From Anolis carolinensis (Eukaryota), in the NCBI RefSeq assembly GCF_035594765.1, contig NC_085842.1, forward strand, positions 8,679,256 to 8,743,255: a DNA stretch of 64,000 bases, given 5' to 3'. Position numbers and translations under genes: made by a program. Positions 48,481 through 63,470 of this stretch are shown here, piece after piece. The first letter of the stretch is position 1; each line of letters opens with the position of its first letter. The notes beneath the pieces were generated by a model. It had not been told where the DNA came from, did no database searches, and worked only from the letters and a program-made list of their open reading frames with translations.

Positions 48481-50241
48481 TTGGTACAGCCTAGAATCAC
48501 TTGGGCATTTATAGCTGCTACATCACACTCTGGTTTTTAAAAAATTATATTCAATAACAAGAAAGAAAACAATAGCATGTTTATACAAATTACAATTTGG
48601 GCATTTTTTTTTAAAAAAGTACTTAACAAACATTAATACTCAGTGACCCATACCTACCCCAAAAAAAACAAAATTAATAGAAAAACTAATCTATAAAACC
48701 ATTGCTGCATGCTGGTTTTTATCTCTATTTACTCACTTTAAATGCTGTTCTATATTTCCTCTTCCATTTTTAATTACACTAAATTAATTCCTAAAGCCCG
48801 CAATAAACAAAGCCACCCTCACTGTTATAACCAGTAAATTAATAGGTCCTAATCTTGGTTGTAGTTCGACAAATATTTCCCTTCGTCAACTTAGTTAAAT
48901 TGTCTATCTCAACAGATTCAAGACTCTTCATCAGCCGATGTCATCATTCTTTGTCTTCCATTCACTACAATTAGAGAGAGATGCTGTGTATCCTAAAGGT
49001 AGTGACTGAACAGGAGGGTGGCTTGGGTGGAAAGGGGTCTGGGACAGCATGGGGCGCATGAGGTTTGCGCCCCACAAACTCGGACTGCTACTGTTGAATG
49101 GCATCCAGTACTGCCATCTTGAGGTCAGTCCTTTATCTTATTGGACGGCCAACTTACTGGACTGGCTTCTCAGAAGCCCCTCTCTTCATCTCTAATGCAT
49201 GCTGTGCCTGGCTCGATAAGAGATCTACATGTGAAAAAGATCTTAGAGTCTTACTGGACGACAAGTTGACCATGAGCCAACAGTGTGATGAGCCAACAGT
49301 GTGATGAGCCAACAGCAAAAAATAGCCAATCAGATTTCCGGCTGAATCAAAAGGAAAATAGGGTCTAAATCAGCAGTTCTTAAAGAGTGCTCTGCAGCTC
49401 TTAAAAGGTTCAACATGGGGCCATGGGTTCAAATGCCATTAGTTGCTTGAGAGTCCCAGTTGCAGGCAAACGGAGAGTCTCCTGCATTGAGATAAAAGGT
49501 GAAATAAAAAGAGCACGCCTTCCCTCACCTGTCCGCTGGAATTCTGCCAAGGGATTCTGTTTTTCCTGCCTGGCAGAAGAGGGTTGGCCCAGATGGCCCA
49601 TGTGGTCTCTTCCAATTCTACTATTCTATGATTCTCTGATTTGGGTAAGAAGGCAAGACTGAGCTGGAGGATTATTTATACCTTGCTTTATCTTTTCCGA
49701 AGGAGGCCCAAAGGGGATTACAATTAAAAGTGTGACCACATAATTAACTACAACTATTTGCCGAAGCCACAGTCAAACAGTCAGACGTCAGGAATGCATT
49801 CACCATGGAAAAGTCCAGAAAAGGATTGTGGGAACAAAGCCAGAGTCCAGAATTCTATCCGAGGGGCAGCAGAGCCAAGATCCAGGGCAAGAGTATGAAT
49901 GCATGACGTTATATGTTACAAAAGAGATATTCTTTTCCAGAAGCCTTTTATCATGAGATCTCAGCTGCTGCTCATTTCAGAAAGCCTTCACGGATCATCC
50001 CAGAAATCTGCAATGCTTTTCTTAAGGAGGAAAAGGTCAGATTAAACCCTTCAAAACTGGATGCACTACTGAGAAAAGTCCTCCTCTGTGGGAGACCTGC
50101 CCCCAGAATCAGTCGAGCCATAACACACAAACTGCTGTGCATCACAGATAAAGAGAAATCTTGTGGCCTTCCTTTTTGTTAATTTTCCCATTTTTTGTCT
50201 GCCTGGGACTCTAGCCTGAAGATTATTTTTTACCTGAACTA

Positions 50242-52561
<2,320 letters not shown>

Positions 52562-52948
52562 TCTTTTACATTTATGATTCAAATATTATGCCGGAAGTTC
52601 ACAGATATGTACTACTAAGCAAGACGTGATTTCCTCTTCTCAGTCTGTATTGTTGTAGCCTTCTTTTCTCTTTACCAAGCCTCTCTTTTCACAGCACAAT
52701 CCTCCCTTTCCTCCTTGAATAAACAGATATGTAACTTGGAATATAATTTCTCCAACTTATTTCTTGTTCTTGCCAGTGCTGTGTACGTTCATTTCACAGC
52801 TAAGGCAAAGGCCAAAGTGTTCTTCCCAAGGTTCATTCAGAGGTTACCTGCCAGAAGAATGAGAGGAAAATCTTATCAGGAGCAGAGCACAGAAAGGTCT
52901 CATTGGACATGAAGAACAGTAACCTAATGCTGTAGCAAGCACAAGAGA

Positions 52949-53093
52949 NNNNNNNNNNNNNNNNNNNNNNNNNNNNNNNNNNNNNNNNNNNNNNNNNNNN
53001 NNNNNNNNNNNNNNNNNNNNNNNNNNNNNNNNNNNNNNNNNNNNNNNNNNNNNNNNNNNNNNNNNNNNNNNNNNNNNNNNNNNNNNNNNNNNN
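52949..53093. other. Assembly gap (N run)
   Basis: Ns in the sequence. Confidence 1.
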
Positions 53094-53438
53094 NCTCGGG
53101 GTGGCTTACAACGAGAATATGACAACAACATAGCATATACTACACACGATCCACTAAAACAATGAGATTTAAAAACAATGCAATACAAGATAAAACAACA
53201 TAATAATTACTTAAAAAACCAGAATATCAAATTGTTCTGCACAGCAGAGGGTGACTAATACATCATTCCACCAGGTCCAAGAATAGAATCAAAATGAGTA
53301 AAGAAGGAACAAGGGAACAATTTCACTTAAAATGCTATACCATGTAGAGTGAGGACAAGATAAAGTGCCATTAAGGTTGTAAACATAGAGTAGATTCCAA
53401 GTCAGATGGGCTATTTGTTCAAACACGCTCCGGAACAT

Positions 53439-54540
53439 GGGGGAAATGGCTATCTCTAGGTCGGTTTACCCTTTAATTATACCTCAAACCCCAAAGTAAA
53501 TACTCTTGAAGATGGTTAAAAATAACCAAAAATATATTTATTGAACACAGGAAACAGTCCTTTTATTGTATTAGAAATAATATGAGGTAAAATCACTGAA
53601 ATTATACAGAAATAAAACTATGGATAGAGAATGAAGGTTATACAGACTATAAAGAATAAACACACAAGCTATGAGGAAACTATAAGGTAAGGACTATAGG
53701 GTACGTACAAGGCTATGATAAGCACTATATGACTCTGAGGTAAACTATTAGCTATGCTCTTGGTAAGTACATAAGCTATGGTGAACTATAAGGTAAGTAT
53801 GTGAGGTAAGTACATGAGGCAAATACAAGACTATGAGGTAAACTATAAGCTCTATCTATAATGACTTAAGTGGTAAATACCAGCTATAGTGAACTATCTA
53901 TAATAACTCTGAGGTAAACTATAAGGTGATAAGCTATAAGGTAAGTACCAGCTTTGCTATCTATGAGTCTGAGGTAAACTATAAGCTCTATCTATAATAA
54001 CTTAAGTGGTAAATACGAGGTGAACTATAAGCTTTGCTATCTTTGAGGTAAATACGAGGTGGTAAGTACATAAGGCTATGATGTGACTATAAGGTAAGTA
54101 CGTGAGGTAAGTACATGAGGTAAATACAAGACTATGAGGTAAGTCCGAGGCTATGGTAAACTATCTATAATAACTATGTGGTGGTAAGTACGTGATTTAT
54201 GTTGCCTGTTTGAATTTGCCAGGTCAAAGAACCCAGACCAAATTCTAAGACCTATCTCTAAGAGGTTTTTCTCTGGAATGCCAAATGAGAGGAAAAAGCC
54301 TCCAGACCAGGGGTCCCCAAACTTTTTAAGCAGGGGGCCAGTTCACAATCCTTCGGACCGTTGGAGGACCGGACTATAGTTGGCCACCAAGCAATAAATA
54401 ATAATAATAATAATAATAGCAATAATAATAAAAAGAGGGTTGGAAGAGACCCTTTGGGCCATTGAGTCCAATCCCCTTCTGCCTTTGTGAACCGAAAGCA
54501 CAAGCAAAGCACCCCTGACAGATGGCCACCCAGCCTCAAT

Positions 54541-54592
<52 letters not shown>

Positions 54593-54851
54593 GCAATAAT
54601 AATTTTAAAAGGGTTGGAAGAGACCCTTTGGGCCACTGAGTCCAACCCCTTTCTGCCTTTGTGCACCAAAAACACAAGCAAAGCACCCCTGACAGATGGC
54701 CACCCAGCCTCAATGTTAATAATAATAATAATAATAATTAATAAAGAGGGTTGGAAGAGACACCTTGGGCCATTAAGTCCAACCCTCGTCTGCCTCTGTG
54801 CACCAAAAGCACAAGCAAAGCACCCCTGACAGATGGCCACCCAGCCTTAAT

Positions 54852-54895
<44 letters not shown>

Positions 54896-55178
54896 GGGTT
54901 GTAAGAGAAGAAGAGACCCCTTGGGTCATTTAGCCCAACCCCCTTCTGCCCTTGTGCCATGGGGGCCGGATGAATGGCTTCGATGGGCCGCATCCGGCCC
55001 CCGGGCCTTAGTTTGGGGACCCCTGCTCCAGAGCCTAGCTCACAGGCTGAACCATCTCATCCAAACCTACAGGGGAGTCCCAAGCCCCACCCCCAAAACA
55101 GGAGCCAATGGAACATTCCACCCAAGAACAGCAAAGCAGGAAATAAGCCGGGGATAGGAACCCAGTAAGACAGCACAA
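53439..55178 (-). mobile_element. LTR-like insertion with an AT-rich GAGGTAAACTATAAG-type minisatellite (~53640-54200), inside an L2 fragment
   Basis: Minus-strand start TGTCTTAC at 55172 and AATAAA near 53540; flanked by a 48-bp direct repeat. Confidence 0.45.
54308..55025. mobile_element. hAT MITE, 718 bp, containing a tandem array of CR1-tail-derived units
   Basis: TIRs CAGGGGTCCCCAAACT / AGTTTGGGGACCCCTG; TSD CTCCAGAC / CTCCAGAG. Confidence 0.88.
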
Positions 55179-56181
55179 TAGATTCCAAGTCAGATGGGCT
55201 ATTTATTCAAACACGCTCCGGAACATCCATGTCTTCAGTTGACGATGAAAGATGGGCAATGACGGAGCTAACCCGATCTCCCTGGGGAGAGTTCCAAAGC
55301 CAGGGGGCCACCACCGAGAAGGCTCTCTCCCTCGTGCCCGCCAGCCGCATTCGAGGCAGGGGCGGGAGCGAGAGAAGAGCCTCATCAGATGGTCTTAAGG
55401 CTCGTGTAGGTTCATAGGGGGAGGAGGCCCAACAAAGGACAGTCTCTGTAAAAAAGATAGTCTCCCAAGATTCTGTGTGTGAGATTATTAGCACTGCCAT
55501 GTGTTACAAGTGTAATCCAACCTTTATAAAGGAAGACCCCTAACAATATGGTCAGCACAGAAAGGGGCTAAGGTTGCAAAGCATTTCCTGCCTAGATCCT
55601 GCTTCCTCACATCCCAACTCAGAACTTCAGTGACCACCTGTATGGACAGGCCATCCCAAATGATCAGTCCTGGGAGAAACATATTTCATTGTCTTGTGTA
55701 GATTTTATGAATTTTAATGTTTTGAATTTTAATTATGTATGTGTACGGTTGTAAATTTGTTGTTTTTATCATTTCATATTTATGTATTATCTATACGCGG
55801 CAGTTTACTATATTTTGTTGGGCGCCCCAAGTTCCTTCGGGGAGATGGTGCTGGGGTAGAAACAAAATTTATTATTACTATCATTATTATTTCTTCCAAC
55901 CTGGAGACACTGAGAGCACATTAGGCCACAAAATTCCTTGACATATTGCATTCTTATAAAACCTATATCACAAAGGTATGTAACCTCAGGCAGAACAAAT
56001 GCAAAGAGAAAAACAAAGGAAAATGCAAACTTCTACACCAAGACCACAAAAACAGAGATAGAGATGCAGAGGCTCAGGGTGGAAAACACCCAGCCTAGAG
56101 GCAATACATGAGAAAGGAGGTGTAGAGGAGATGGATGGATGGACCCCGAGGGCGAGTGGGGACTCTGCTGGCCTTCAGAAG

Positions 56182-57128
56182 TTTATTTATTTATTTATTT
56201 ACAGTATTTATATTCCGCCCTTCTCACCCCGAAGGAGACTCAGGGCAGATTACAATGAACACATATATGGCAAACATTCAATGCCAACAGACAACAACAT
56301 ACATTAGACAGACTCAGAGGCATTTTTAACATTTTTCCAGCTTCACGATTCTGGCCACAGGGGGAGCTGTTGCTTCACCGTCCAGTAGTGGCTGTACTTC
56401 CGCATTCCTTTCCTCGTGTTTTGCTGGCAGTTTTATGGTGTTGTAAATTAGCCTCCCGCATAAAGCGTCCCTAAATTTCCCTAACTGACAGCTGCAACTG
56501 TCTTTCGGGGCTGCATAGGTCAACAGCAAGCCGGGGCTATTAATGGTCGGAGGCTTAACCCGACCCGGGCTTCGAACTCATGACCTCTCGGTCAGTAGTG
56601 ATTTATAGCAGCTGGTTACTAGCTTCATGAGAACTTCATGAGAAGGACTTCATGAGAACCACCACTCCTCTTGATGTTCCTCCAGCAGCAGCAAGGGTGT
56701 CTCTCTGGGCAGCTAAACCTGGCAATTCTAACTGGATGGCCCCCCAAGAGGGTCTTCCTTCCTCCAGGGCCAAACCAAGAATGGGCAACTTGGAAGTCCC
56801 TGAACAGACTCAGAAGCGGAGTGGGCAGATCCAAAGGGAACCTGGCAAGGTGGCACTACCTGGAGGAATCCTCCACCTTGTGTGACTGTGGAGCTGAACA
56901 AACAACTCCGCATATGTATGCTTGCCCACAATGCCCTGCCTCATGTACGGAGGAGGAGTTGTTTAAAGCTACAGACAATGCCATTGCTGTTGCCCGCTTT
57001 TGGTCCAAAACTATTTAGTTGCTTGTGATTTCTTTTTCTTTTTTTAATTTCCATTATTTGAAATGTATTTGTTGTACAATGCTTTTGACACGAAATAAAT
57101 AAATAACTAGCCAGCTGTGCCACAGCCC
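56182..57128 (-). mobile_element. Anolis SINE2-like element interrupted by a LINE fragment
   Basis: Near-identical to 8431-8881 once 56624-57111 is removed. Confidence 0.85.
56624..57105 (+). mobile_element. Vingi/Ingi-like LINE 3' fragment
   Basis: WKSLNRLRSGVGR..W..CDCG.EQT..H...C C-terminus, (TAAA)n tail, TSD ACTAGC; the clade name is by recognition. Confidence 0.7.
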
Positions 57129-57414
57129 GGCCCCCACTCCAACTCCCATCAACCCTTCCCACACAGAAACACACGGGATACAGGGGATTGCAGGCCAGCA
57201 ACACCTGGGGTGGGTGGGAGACATGATTCCTGCCCAGTTCGGCTCAATTCAGCCCATTTTAGAAAGGACATTGACAAACTGCAGCAGATTCATGGAAAGC
57301 CAACAAGGACGAGCAAACATTAAAATTGGAAAAGCAGGACATTTTGGTTTTGTAAAATGTCTGCATTTGCTCAGGAGACAATATTGTGGCCAAAACTAAA
57401 ATGATATGCTAAAG

Positions 57415-57462
<48 letters not shown>

Positions 57463-58787
57463 TAATAATAAGAAGGCCTGATCCTTGCAGCCCAGGAGCA
57501 AGCCATCAGAACAAATGCAATCAAGGCCAAGATCGAAAAATCAGCTGATGACCCAAAGTGCAGACTGTGCAAGGAAACCGACGAAACCATTGATCATCTC
57601 CTCAGCTGCTGTAAGAAAATTGCACAGACAGACTACAAACAGAGGCACAACTATGTGGCCCAAATGATTCATTGGAACCTATGCCTCAAGTATCACCTCC
57701 CTGCAGTTAAGAACTGGTGGGATCACAAACCTGCAAAGGTTGTGGAAAACGAACACGCAAAGATACTGTGGGACTTCCGAATTCAGACTGACAAAGTTCT
57801 GGAACACAACACACCAGACATCACAGTTGTGGAAAAGAACAAGGTTTGGATCATTGATGTTGCCATCCCAGGTGACAGTCACATTGAAGAAAAACAACAG
57901 GAAAAACTCAGCCGCTATCAGGACCTCAAGATTGAACTCCAAAGACTCTGGCAGAAACCAGTGCAGGTGGTCCCGGTGGTGATGGGCACACTGGGTGCCG
58001 TGCCAAAAGATCTCAGCTGGCATTTGGAAACAATAGACATTGACAAAATTACGATCTGCCAACTGCAAAAGGCCACCTTACAGAGCCTGATCCCAGAAGG
58101 GCAGTTGGTTCTCGCAGAAGCAGAGGCAGCAGGAGGACATTTTTGCTCCCTGGCTTCAGGTAGGATTTGGCTAAGATTTGGCTAAGATTTTAAACTGAGT
58201 GTGGGCTTGGCTCCTGTGGTCAAAGTCTAACTGTTGTGTGACTGTTGTGTTGAAAGAGAGCCAGGTACTTAAGTTGATTGACAGCAGGCATTGTCCCCTG
58301 TTAATTGAGTTTCTGGGAAAGCTTTATTTGCCAGTGTGAGTTTCTGCCAGAGCCTGATCCCAGAAGGGCAGTTGGTTCTCGCAGAAGCAGAGGCAGCAGG
58401 AGGACATTTTTGCTCCCTGGCTTCAGGTAGGATTTGGCTAAGATTTGGCTAAGATTTTAAACTGAGTGTGGGCTTGGCTCCTGTGGTCAAAGTCTAACTG
58501 TTGTGTGACTGTTGTGTTGAAAGAGAGCCAGGTACTTAAGTTGATTGACAGCAGGCATTGTCCCCTGTTAATTGAGTTTCTGGGAAAGCTTTATTTGCCA
58601 GTGTGAGTTTCTGCCAGAGCAGAAAGAAAGAAAGGCACCTTTACTAACTATCCTTTGCAGTAAATACAGGAAACAAAGCAACATAAACAAATACACAAAG
58701 AGGTGGTTTGTTGCAGTTTGCACATAAAGTGCGTGCATATTACTTAACTGTACAAAGATCCCACTTGGCCACCACGCTCACCAAGAG

Positions 58788-60059
58788 ATGCAACAAAAGC
58801 AAAACATTCCCATCACATGCACCAGCTGTGGCATGTTCCGCTTTTTCACACAAAAACTAGACAACTACATCTGCTCCAAATGCAAACAGATGACTCTGAT
58901 GGAGCAGATGATCCAACAGCTCGAGCACCGTATTAAGACCCTTAAGGACATTCAGGCACTCGAGCTCTTCTTGGACACTGCACAACACGCTGCTGTAGAT
59001 CAGCAGCCTGCATCACACCAACACCACCAAGACCATGATCAGGAACCTTATGGGGAGATCAACTCAAAGGTAGACAACCCTCAGGCTTGGAAGGAGGTCA
59101 CCCATAGAAGGAGACGCAGGACCAGGCAGCCTCCGCAGAACTCCTCTGCTCAGCTGCATTTACACAACAGATTTGAAATTCTTACATCATTAACATACAA
59201 TCAGGAAACACATCTTGTGGAGGACCACAGTTTCTTAGATACTACTCAGTGGACCACCCTGGATCAATGCGCAGGGGATAGCCCTGACGGGGACAGTGCA
59301 TCACCACAGTCACACTTATGTAATCATGCAAATGCTCCATCCCCAATCATAGACCAGGAGCAACAGGAACATCCTTGGGAGAGTAATGGGCTCTCGGATG
59401 TATCTCAATGGATTGTCATTGATGAATGCACTGGGGATGTTGAGGAGGAGGACAACACTTTACACCTACATGATTCACTTCAACAGGAACACTCTTCAGG
59501 GGACATACACACTGTCTTGCACAAAAGGGACCCTGTCAATCCTCAAAGGAAACAGGTCTTGGTAGTAGGTGACTCCCTCCTTAGAGGAACGGAAGCCATC
59601 ATTTCCAGACCGGATGGGATGGCTCGAGAAACATGCTGCCTCCCGGGGGCAAAAATACACCATATCACTCAGAGGCTCAGCAGGCTCCTAAAGCCCCATC
59701 AGCCTCCCCACCTTATGTTGATACATGTAGGTACCAATGACACCGCTAGGCATACCTTTCAAAAGATCACAAATGATTTTCGAGCTCTGGGAACAAAGCT
59801 AAAACTGTATAATGTACATGTGATCTTTTCATCCCTCCTCCCTGTTGTAGGACACAGCTCTACAAGGGCCGGAAAAATAGTACAGGTCAATAACTGGCTC
59901 AGAAAATGGTGTCAAGAGGAGCATTTTGGCTTCCTTGACCATGGTCTACTCTTCCAAGAGGATGGACTACTGGCAAGCGATGGGGTGCATCTCACACAAG
60001 TAGGAAAACATCTTTTTGCACACAGACTCACAAACCTCATCAGGCGCACTTTAAACTAG
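58788..60059 (+). CDS. CR1 ORF1p with SGNH esterase, 423 aa
   Basis: Only a handful of substitutions relative to 28154-29425. Confidence 0.9.
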   Translation: MQQKQNIPITCTSCGMFRFFTQKLDNYICSKCKQMTLMEQMIQQLEHRIKTLKDIQALELFLDTAQHAAVDQQPASHQHHQDHDQEPYGEINSKVDNPQAWKEVTHRRRRRTRQPPQNSSAQLHLHNRFEILTSLTYNQETHLVEDHSFLDTTQWTTLDQCAGDSPDGDSASPQSHLCNHANAPSPIIDQEQQEHPWESNGLSDVSQWIVIDECTGDVEEEDNTLHLHDSLQQEHSSGDIHTVLHKRDPVNPQRKQVLVVGDSLLRGTEAIISRPDGMARETCCLPGAKIHHITQRLSRLLKPHQPPHLMLIHVGTNDTARHTFQKITNDFRALGTKLKLYNVHVIFSSLLPVVGHSSTRAGKIVQVNNWLRKWCQEEHFGFLDHGLLFQEDGLLASDGVHLTQVGKHLFAHRLTNLIRRTLN

Positions 60060-60250
60060 ATCCACTGGGGGAGGGGAAAAACAGCCTGGCGAACAATATA
60101 TTACCCACGACCACAGGGAACCGCCGAAAGGCTAAATGGAGGGCTGCACAAACACAGCAAGGACCAAGTACAGAGAGCACAATAATCCCAAATAAACAGT
60201 TCGAGAGGAGGTCACAGGGGCTTACATGTCTTTACACTAATGCTCAGAGC

Positions 60251-62989
60251 ATGGGAAATAAGCAAGACGAACTCCAACTCCTAGCACAGCACCACACATA
60301 CGATGTCATAGGCATCACTGAAACCTGGTGGGATGACTCCCATCACTGGAATTTAACCATTGAGGGCTATAACCTCTTTCACAGAAATAGAACAAAGGGG
60401 AGAGGAGGGGGAGTAGCTTTATATGTCAAAAACAGTTACGTTGCAGAAGAAATGCAAGACTGTAATCCGGGAAACCAGCTTGAAAGCATCTGGATAAGAA
60501 TCAAGGGAACCGGGACTCAAAAAGATCTTGTCGTGGGTGTCTACTACAGACCTCCGAGTCAGGATGAAGGACTTGATGAAGCCTTCTGTCAACAGCTGAC
60601 CAAACAGGCACAAAGAAGAGATATAGTAGTCATGGGCGATTTCAATTATCCCGATATCTGCTGGAAAACAAACTCAGCCAAGAGTACAAAGTCCAACAAA
60701 TTCCTCACTTGCCTTGCAGATAATTTTATGGTCCAGAAGGTAGAAGAGGCAACAAGGGGATCAGCAACTCTTGATCTAATCTTAACAAATGTGGAAGACC
60801 TGATCAATACAGTTGAAGTGGTTGGATCCTTAGGGGCAAGTGACCATGTGCTCCTGCAGTTTGCAATACAAAGGAATGCTGAAACTAAGACAAGTCAAAC
60901 ACACTTTCTGGACTTTAAGAGAGCTGACTTCCAAAAAATGAAGGAATTACTGAGCGGCATTCCATGGACGCCGATATTAAAAAACAAGGGAGTTAAGGAT
61001 GGATGGGAGTTTTTCAAAAGTGAAATACTCACGGCGCAAATGCAAACAGTGCCAACAAAGAAGAAAAATAAGACAAGTGCAAAGAAGCCAGAATGGATGT
61101 CCAAAGAACTTCTAACTGAGCTAAAGCTCAAAAGTGACATGCACAAGAAGTGGAAAAGGGGAGAAATCACCAAAGAAGAATTCAAACGTATAGCCAACAC
61201 CTGTAGGGAAAAGGTTCGCAAGGCTAAAGCGCAAAATGAGCTCAGGCTTGCCAGGGACATAAAAAACAACAAAAAAGGCTTTTTTGCTTACGTTGGTAGA
61301 AAAAGGAAGAAAAAGGAGGCGATAGGGCCATTGCAAGGAGAAGATGGGGTGATGGCGACAGGGGACAGGGAAAAGGCAGAACTGCTCAATACCTTCTTTG
61401 CCTCGGTCTTCTCAGAAAAAGAAAGCCATCTTCAACCTCAGCAACACGGAATGGACGAAGGATTGGGGGAAATCCAACCCCAAATAGGGAGACAAGTTGT
61501 CCAGGAACACCTGGCCTCTCTAAACGAATTCAAGTCCCCAGGGCCAGATCAGCTACACCCAAGAGTACTGAAGGAACTAGCGGAAGTTATTTCAGAACCA
61601 CTGGCAATTATCTTCGAGAGTTCTTGGAGAACGGGAGAAGTCCCAGCAGATTGGAGGAGGGCGAATGTGGTCCCTATCTTCAAGAAGGGAAAAAAGAACG
61701 ACCCAAACAATTACCGTCCGGTCAGCCTCACATCAATACCAGGCAAAATTCTGGAAAAGATCATTAAGGAAGTGGTCTGCGAACACTTAGAAACAAATGC
61801 GGTCATTGCTAATAGTCAACACGGATTTACCAAAAACAAGTCATGCCAGACTAATCTGATCTCTTTTTTCGATAGAGTTACGAGTTGGGTCGATACAGGG
61901 AATGCTGTGGATGTAGCGTACCTGGATTTCAGTAAGGCCTTCGACAAAGTCCCCCACGACCTTCTGGCAAACAAACTAGTAAAATGTGGGCTAGACAAAA
62001 CTACGGTTAGGTGGATCTGTAATTGGCTAAGCGAACGAACCCAAAGGGTGCTCACCAATGCGTCGTCTTCATCATGGAAAGAAGTGACAAGTGGAGTGCC
62101 GCAGGGCTCCGTCCTGGGCCCGGTTCTGTTCAACATCTTTATTAACGACTTAGACGAAGGGTTAGAAGGCACGATCATCAAGTTTGCAGACGACACAAAA
62201 CTGGGAGGGATAGCTAACACTCCAGAAGACAGGAGCAGAATTCAAAACGATCTTGACAGACTAGAGAGATGGGCCAAAACTAACAAAATGAAGTTCAACA
62301 GGGACAAATGCAAGATACTTCACTTCGGCAGAAAAAATGGAAATCAAAGATACAGAATGGGGGACGCCTGGCTTGACAGCAGTGTGTGCGAAAAAGACCT
62401 TGGAGTCCTCGTGGACAACAAGTTAAACATGAGCCAACAATGTGATGCGGCTGCTAAAAAAGCCAATGGGATTCTGGCCTGCATCAATAGGGGAATAGCG
62501 TCTAGATCCAGGGAAGTTATGCTCCCCCTCTATTCTGCCTTGGTCAGACCACACCTGGAATACTGTGTCCAATTTTGGGCACCACAGTTGAAGGGAGATG
62601 TTGACAAACTGGAAAGCGTCCAGAGGAGGGCGACTAAAATGATTAAGGGTCTGGAGAACAAGCCCTATGAGGAGCGGCTTAAAGAGCTGGGCATGTTTAG
62701 CCTGCAGAAGAGAAGGCTGAGAGGAGACATGATAGCCATGTACAAATACGTGAAGGGAAGTCATAGGGAAGAGGGAGCAAGCTTGTTTTCTGCTGCCCTG
62801 CAGACTAGGACACGGAACAATGGCTTCAAACTACAGGAAAGGAGATTCCACTTGAACATCAGGAAGAACTTCCTCACTGTGAGAAGGGCTGTTCGACAGT
62901 GGAACTCTCTCCCCGGGGCCGTGGTGGAGGCTCCTTCCTTGGAGGCTTTTAAGCAGAGGCTGGATGGCCATCTGTCGGGGGTGCTTTGA
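60251..62989 (+). CDS. CR1 ORF2p (APE endonuclease + reverse transcriptase), at least 912 aa
   Basis: All APE/RT motifs in one frame; LYTNAQS just upstream of the Met indicates the domain begins before 60251. Confidence 0.95.
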   Translation: MGNKQDELQLLAQHHTYDVIGITETWWDDSHHWNLTIEGYNLFHRNRTKGRGGGVALYVKNSYVAEEMQDCNPGNQLESIWIRIKGTGTQKDLVVGVYYRPPSQDEGLDEAFCQQLTKQAQRRDIVVMGDFNYPDICWKTNSAKSTKSNKFLTCLADNFMVQKVEEATRGSATLDLILTNVEDLINTVEVVGSLGASDHVLLQFAIQRNAETKTSQTHFLDFKRADFQKMKELLSGIPWTPILKNKGVKDGWEFFKSEILTAQMQTVPTKKKNKTSAKKPEWMSKELLTELKLKSDMHKKWKRGEITKEEFKRIANTCREKVRKAKAQNELRLARDIKNNKKGFFAYVGRKRKKKEAIGPLQGEDGVMATGDREKAELLNTFFASVFSEKESHLQPQQHGMDEGLGEIQPQIGRQVVQEHLASLNEFKSPGPDQLHPRVLKELAEVISEPLAIIFESSWRTGEVPADWRRANVVPIFKKGKKNDPNNYRPVSLTSIPGKILEKIIKEVVCEHLETNAVIANSQHGFTKNKSCQTNLISFFDRVTSWVDTGNAVDVAYLDFSKAFDKVPHDLLANKLVKCGLDKTTVRWICNWLSERTQRVLTNASSSSWKEVTSGVPQGSVLGPVLFNIFINDLDEGLEGTIIKFADDTKLGGIANTPEDRSRIQNDLDRLERWAKTNKMKFNRDKCKILHFGRKNGNQRYRMGDAWLDSSVCEKDLGVLVDNKLNMSQQCDAAAKKANGILACINRGIASRSREVMLPLYSALVRPHLEYCVQFWAPQLKGDVDKLESVQRRATKMIKGLENKPYEERLKELGMFSLQKRRLRGDMIAMYKYVKGSHREEGASLFSAALQTRTRNNGFKLQERRFHLNIRKNFLTVRRAVRQWNSLPGAVVEAPSLEAFKQRLDGHLSGVL

Positions 62990-63221
62990 ATGCGATTTCC
63001 TGCTTCTTAGCAGGGGGTTGGACTAGATGGCCCATGTAGTCTCTTCCAACTCTACTATTCTATGATTCTATGATTCTATGATTCTATACTGGGATCTGCA
63101 CGCACCATCCGAAAATACATCACACAGTCCTAGACACTTGGGAAGTGTTCGACCTGGGATTTTGTGAAACGAAATCCAGCATATCTATCTTGTTTGCTGT
63201 GTCATACAACGTTGTTGTGTC

Positions 63222-63269
<48 letters not shown>

Positions 63270-63470
63270 TTTGTTTTTATACCCCGCCCCATCTCCCCGA
63301 AGGGACTCGGGGTGGCTTACATGGGGCCTAGCCCGATAAAACAATCAATATCAGTAACACGACTATAAAACAATTATACCAGTAAAACATCAATAGCAAT
63401 AAAACAATCGTTAAAATCGGCAAGAAGCATACGAAAAACATCCAATATTAAAACAGGAGACTAATTCATA
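63222..63470 (-). mobile_element. L2-like 3' tail hosting the R4/CR1 nest
   Basis: Nearly the same sequence as 23817-24010. Confidence 0.75.

Larger units (their letters stand above)
58081..63087 (+). mobile_element. Full-length CR1 LINE copy 2 with both ORFs intact
   Basis: Two 267-bp 5' monomers, ORF1 58788-60059, ORF2 60251-62989, (ATTCTATG)n tail. Confidence 0.96.
57472..63221 (+). mobile_element. 5'-truncated R4/Dong-clade retrotransposon (57472-58080 + 63089-63221), split by CR1 copy 2
   Basis: CRLC..ETIDHLLSCC, RHN, PDI..IIDVAIP..EKLSRY restriction-like endonuclease; the frame rejoins as QKATL|LGSARTIRKYITQS*; (TAA)n on both sides. Confidence 0.88.

Noticed and set aside
54390-54960. 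Repeat-spacer pattern resembling a CRISPR array
   Set aside because: Eukaryotic context; the spacers are (AAT)n microsatellites, the repeats derive from CR1, and no cas genes are present.
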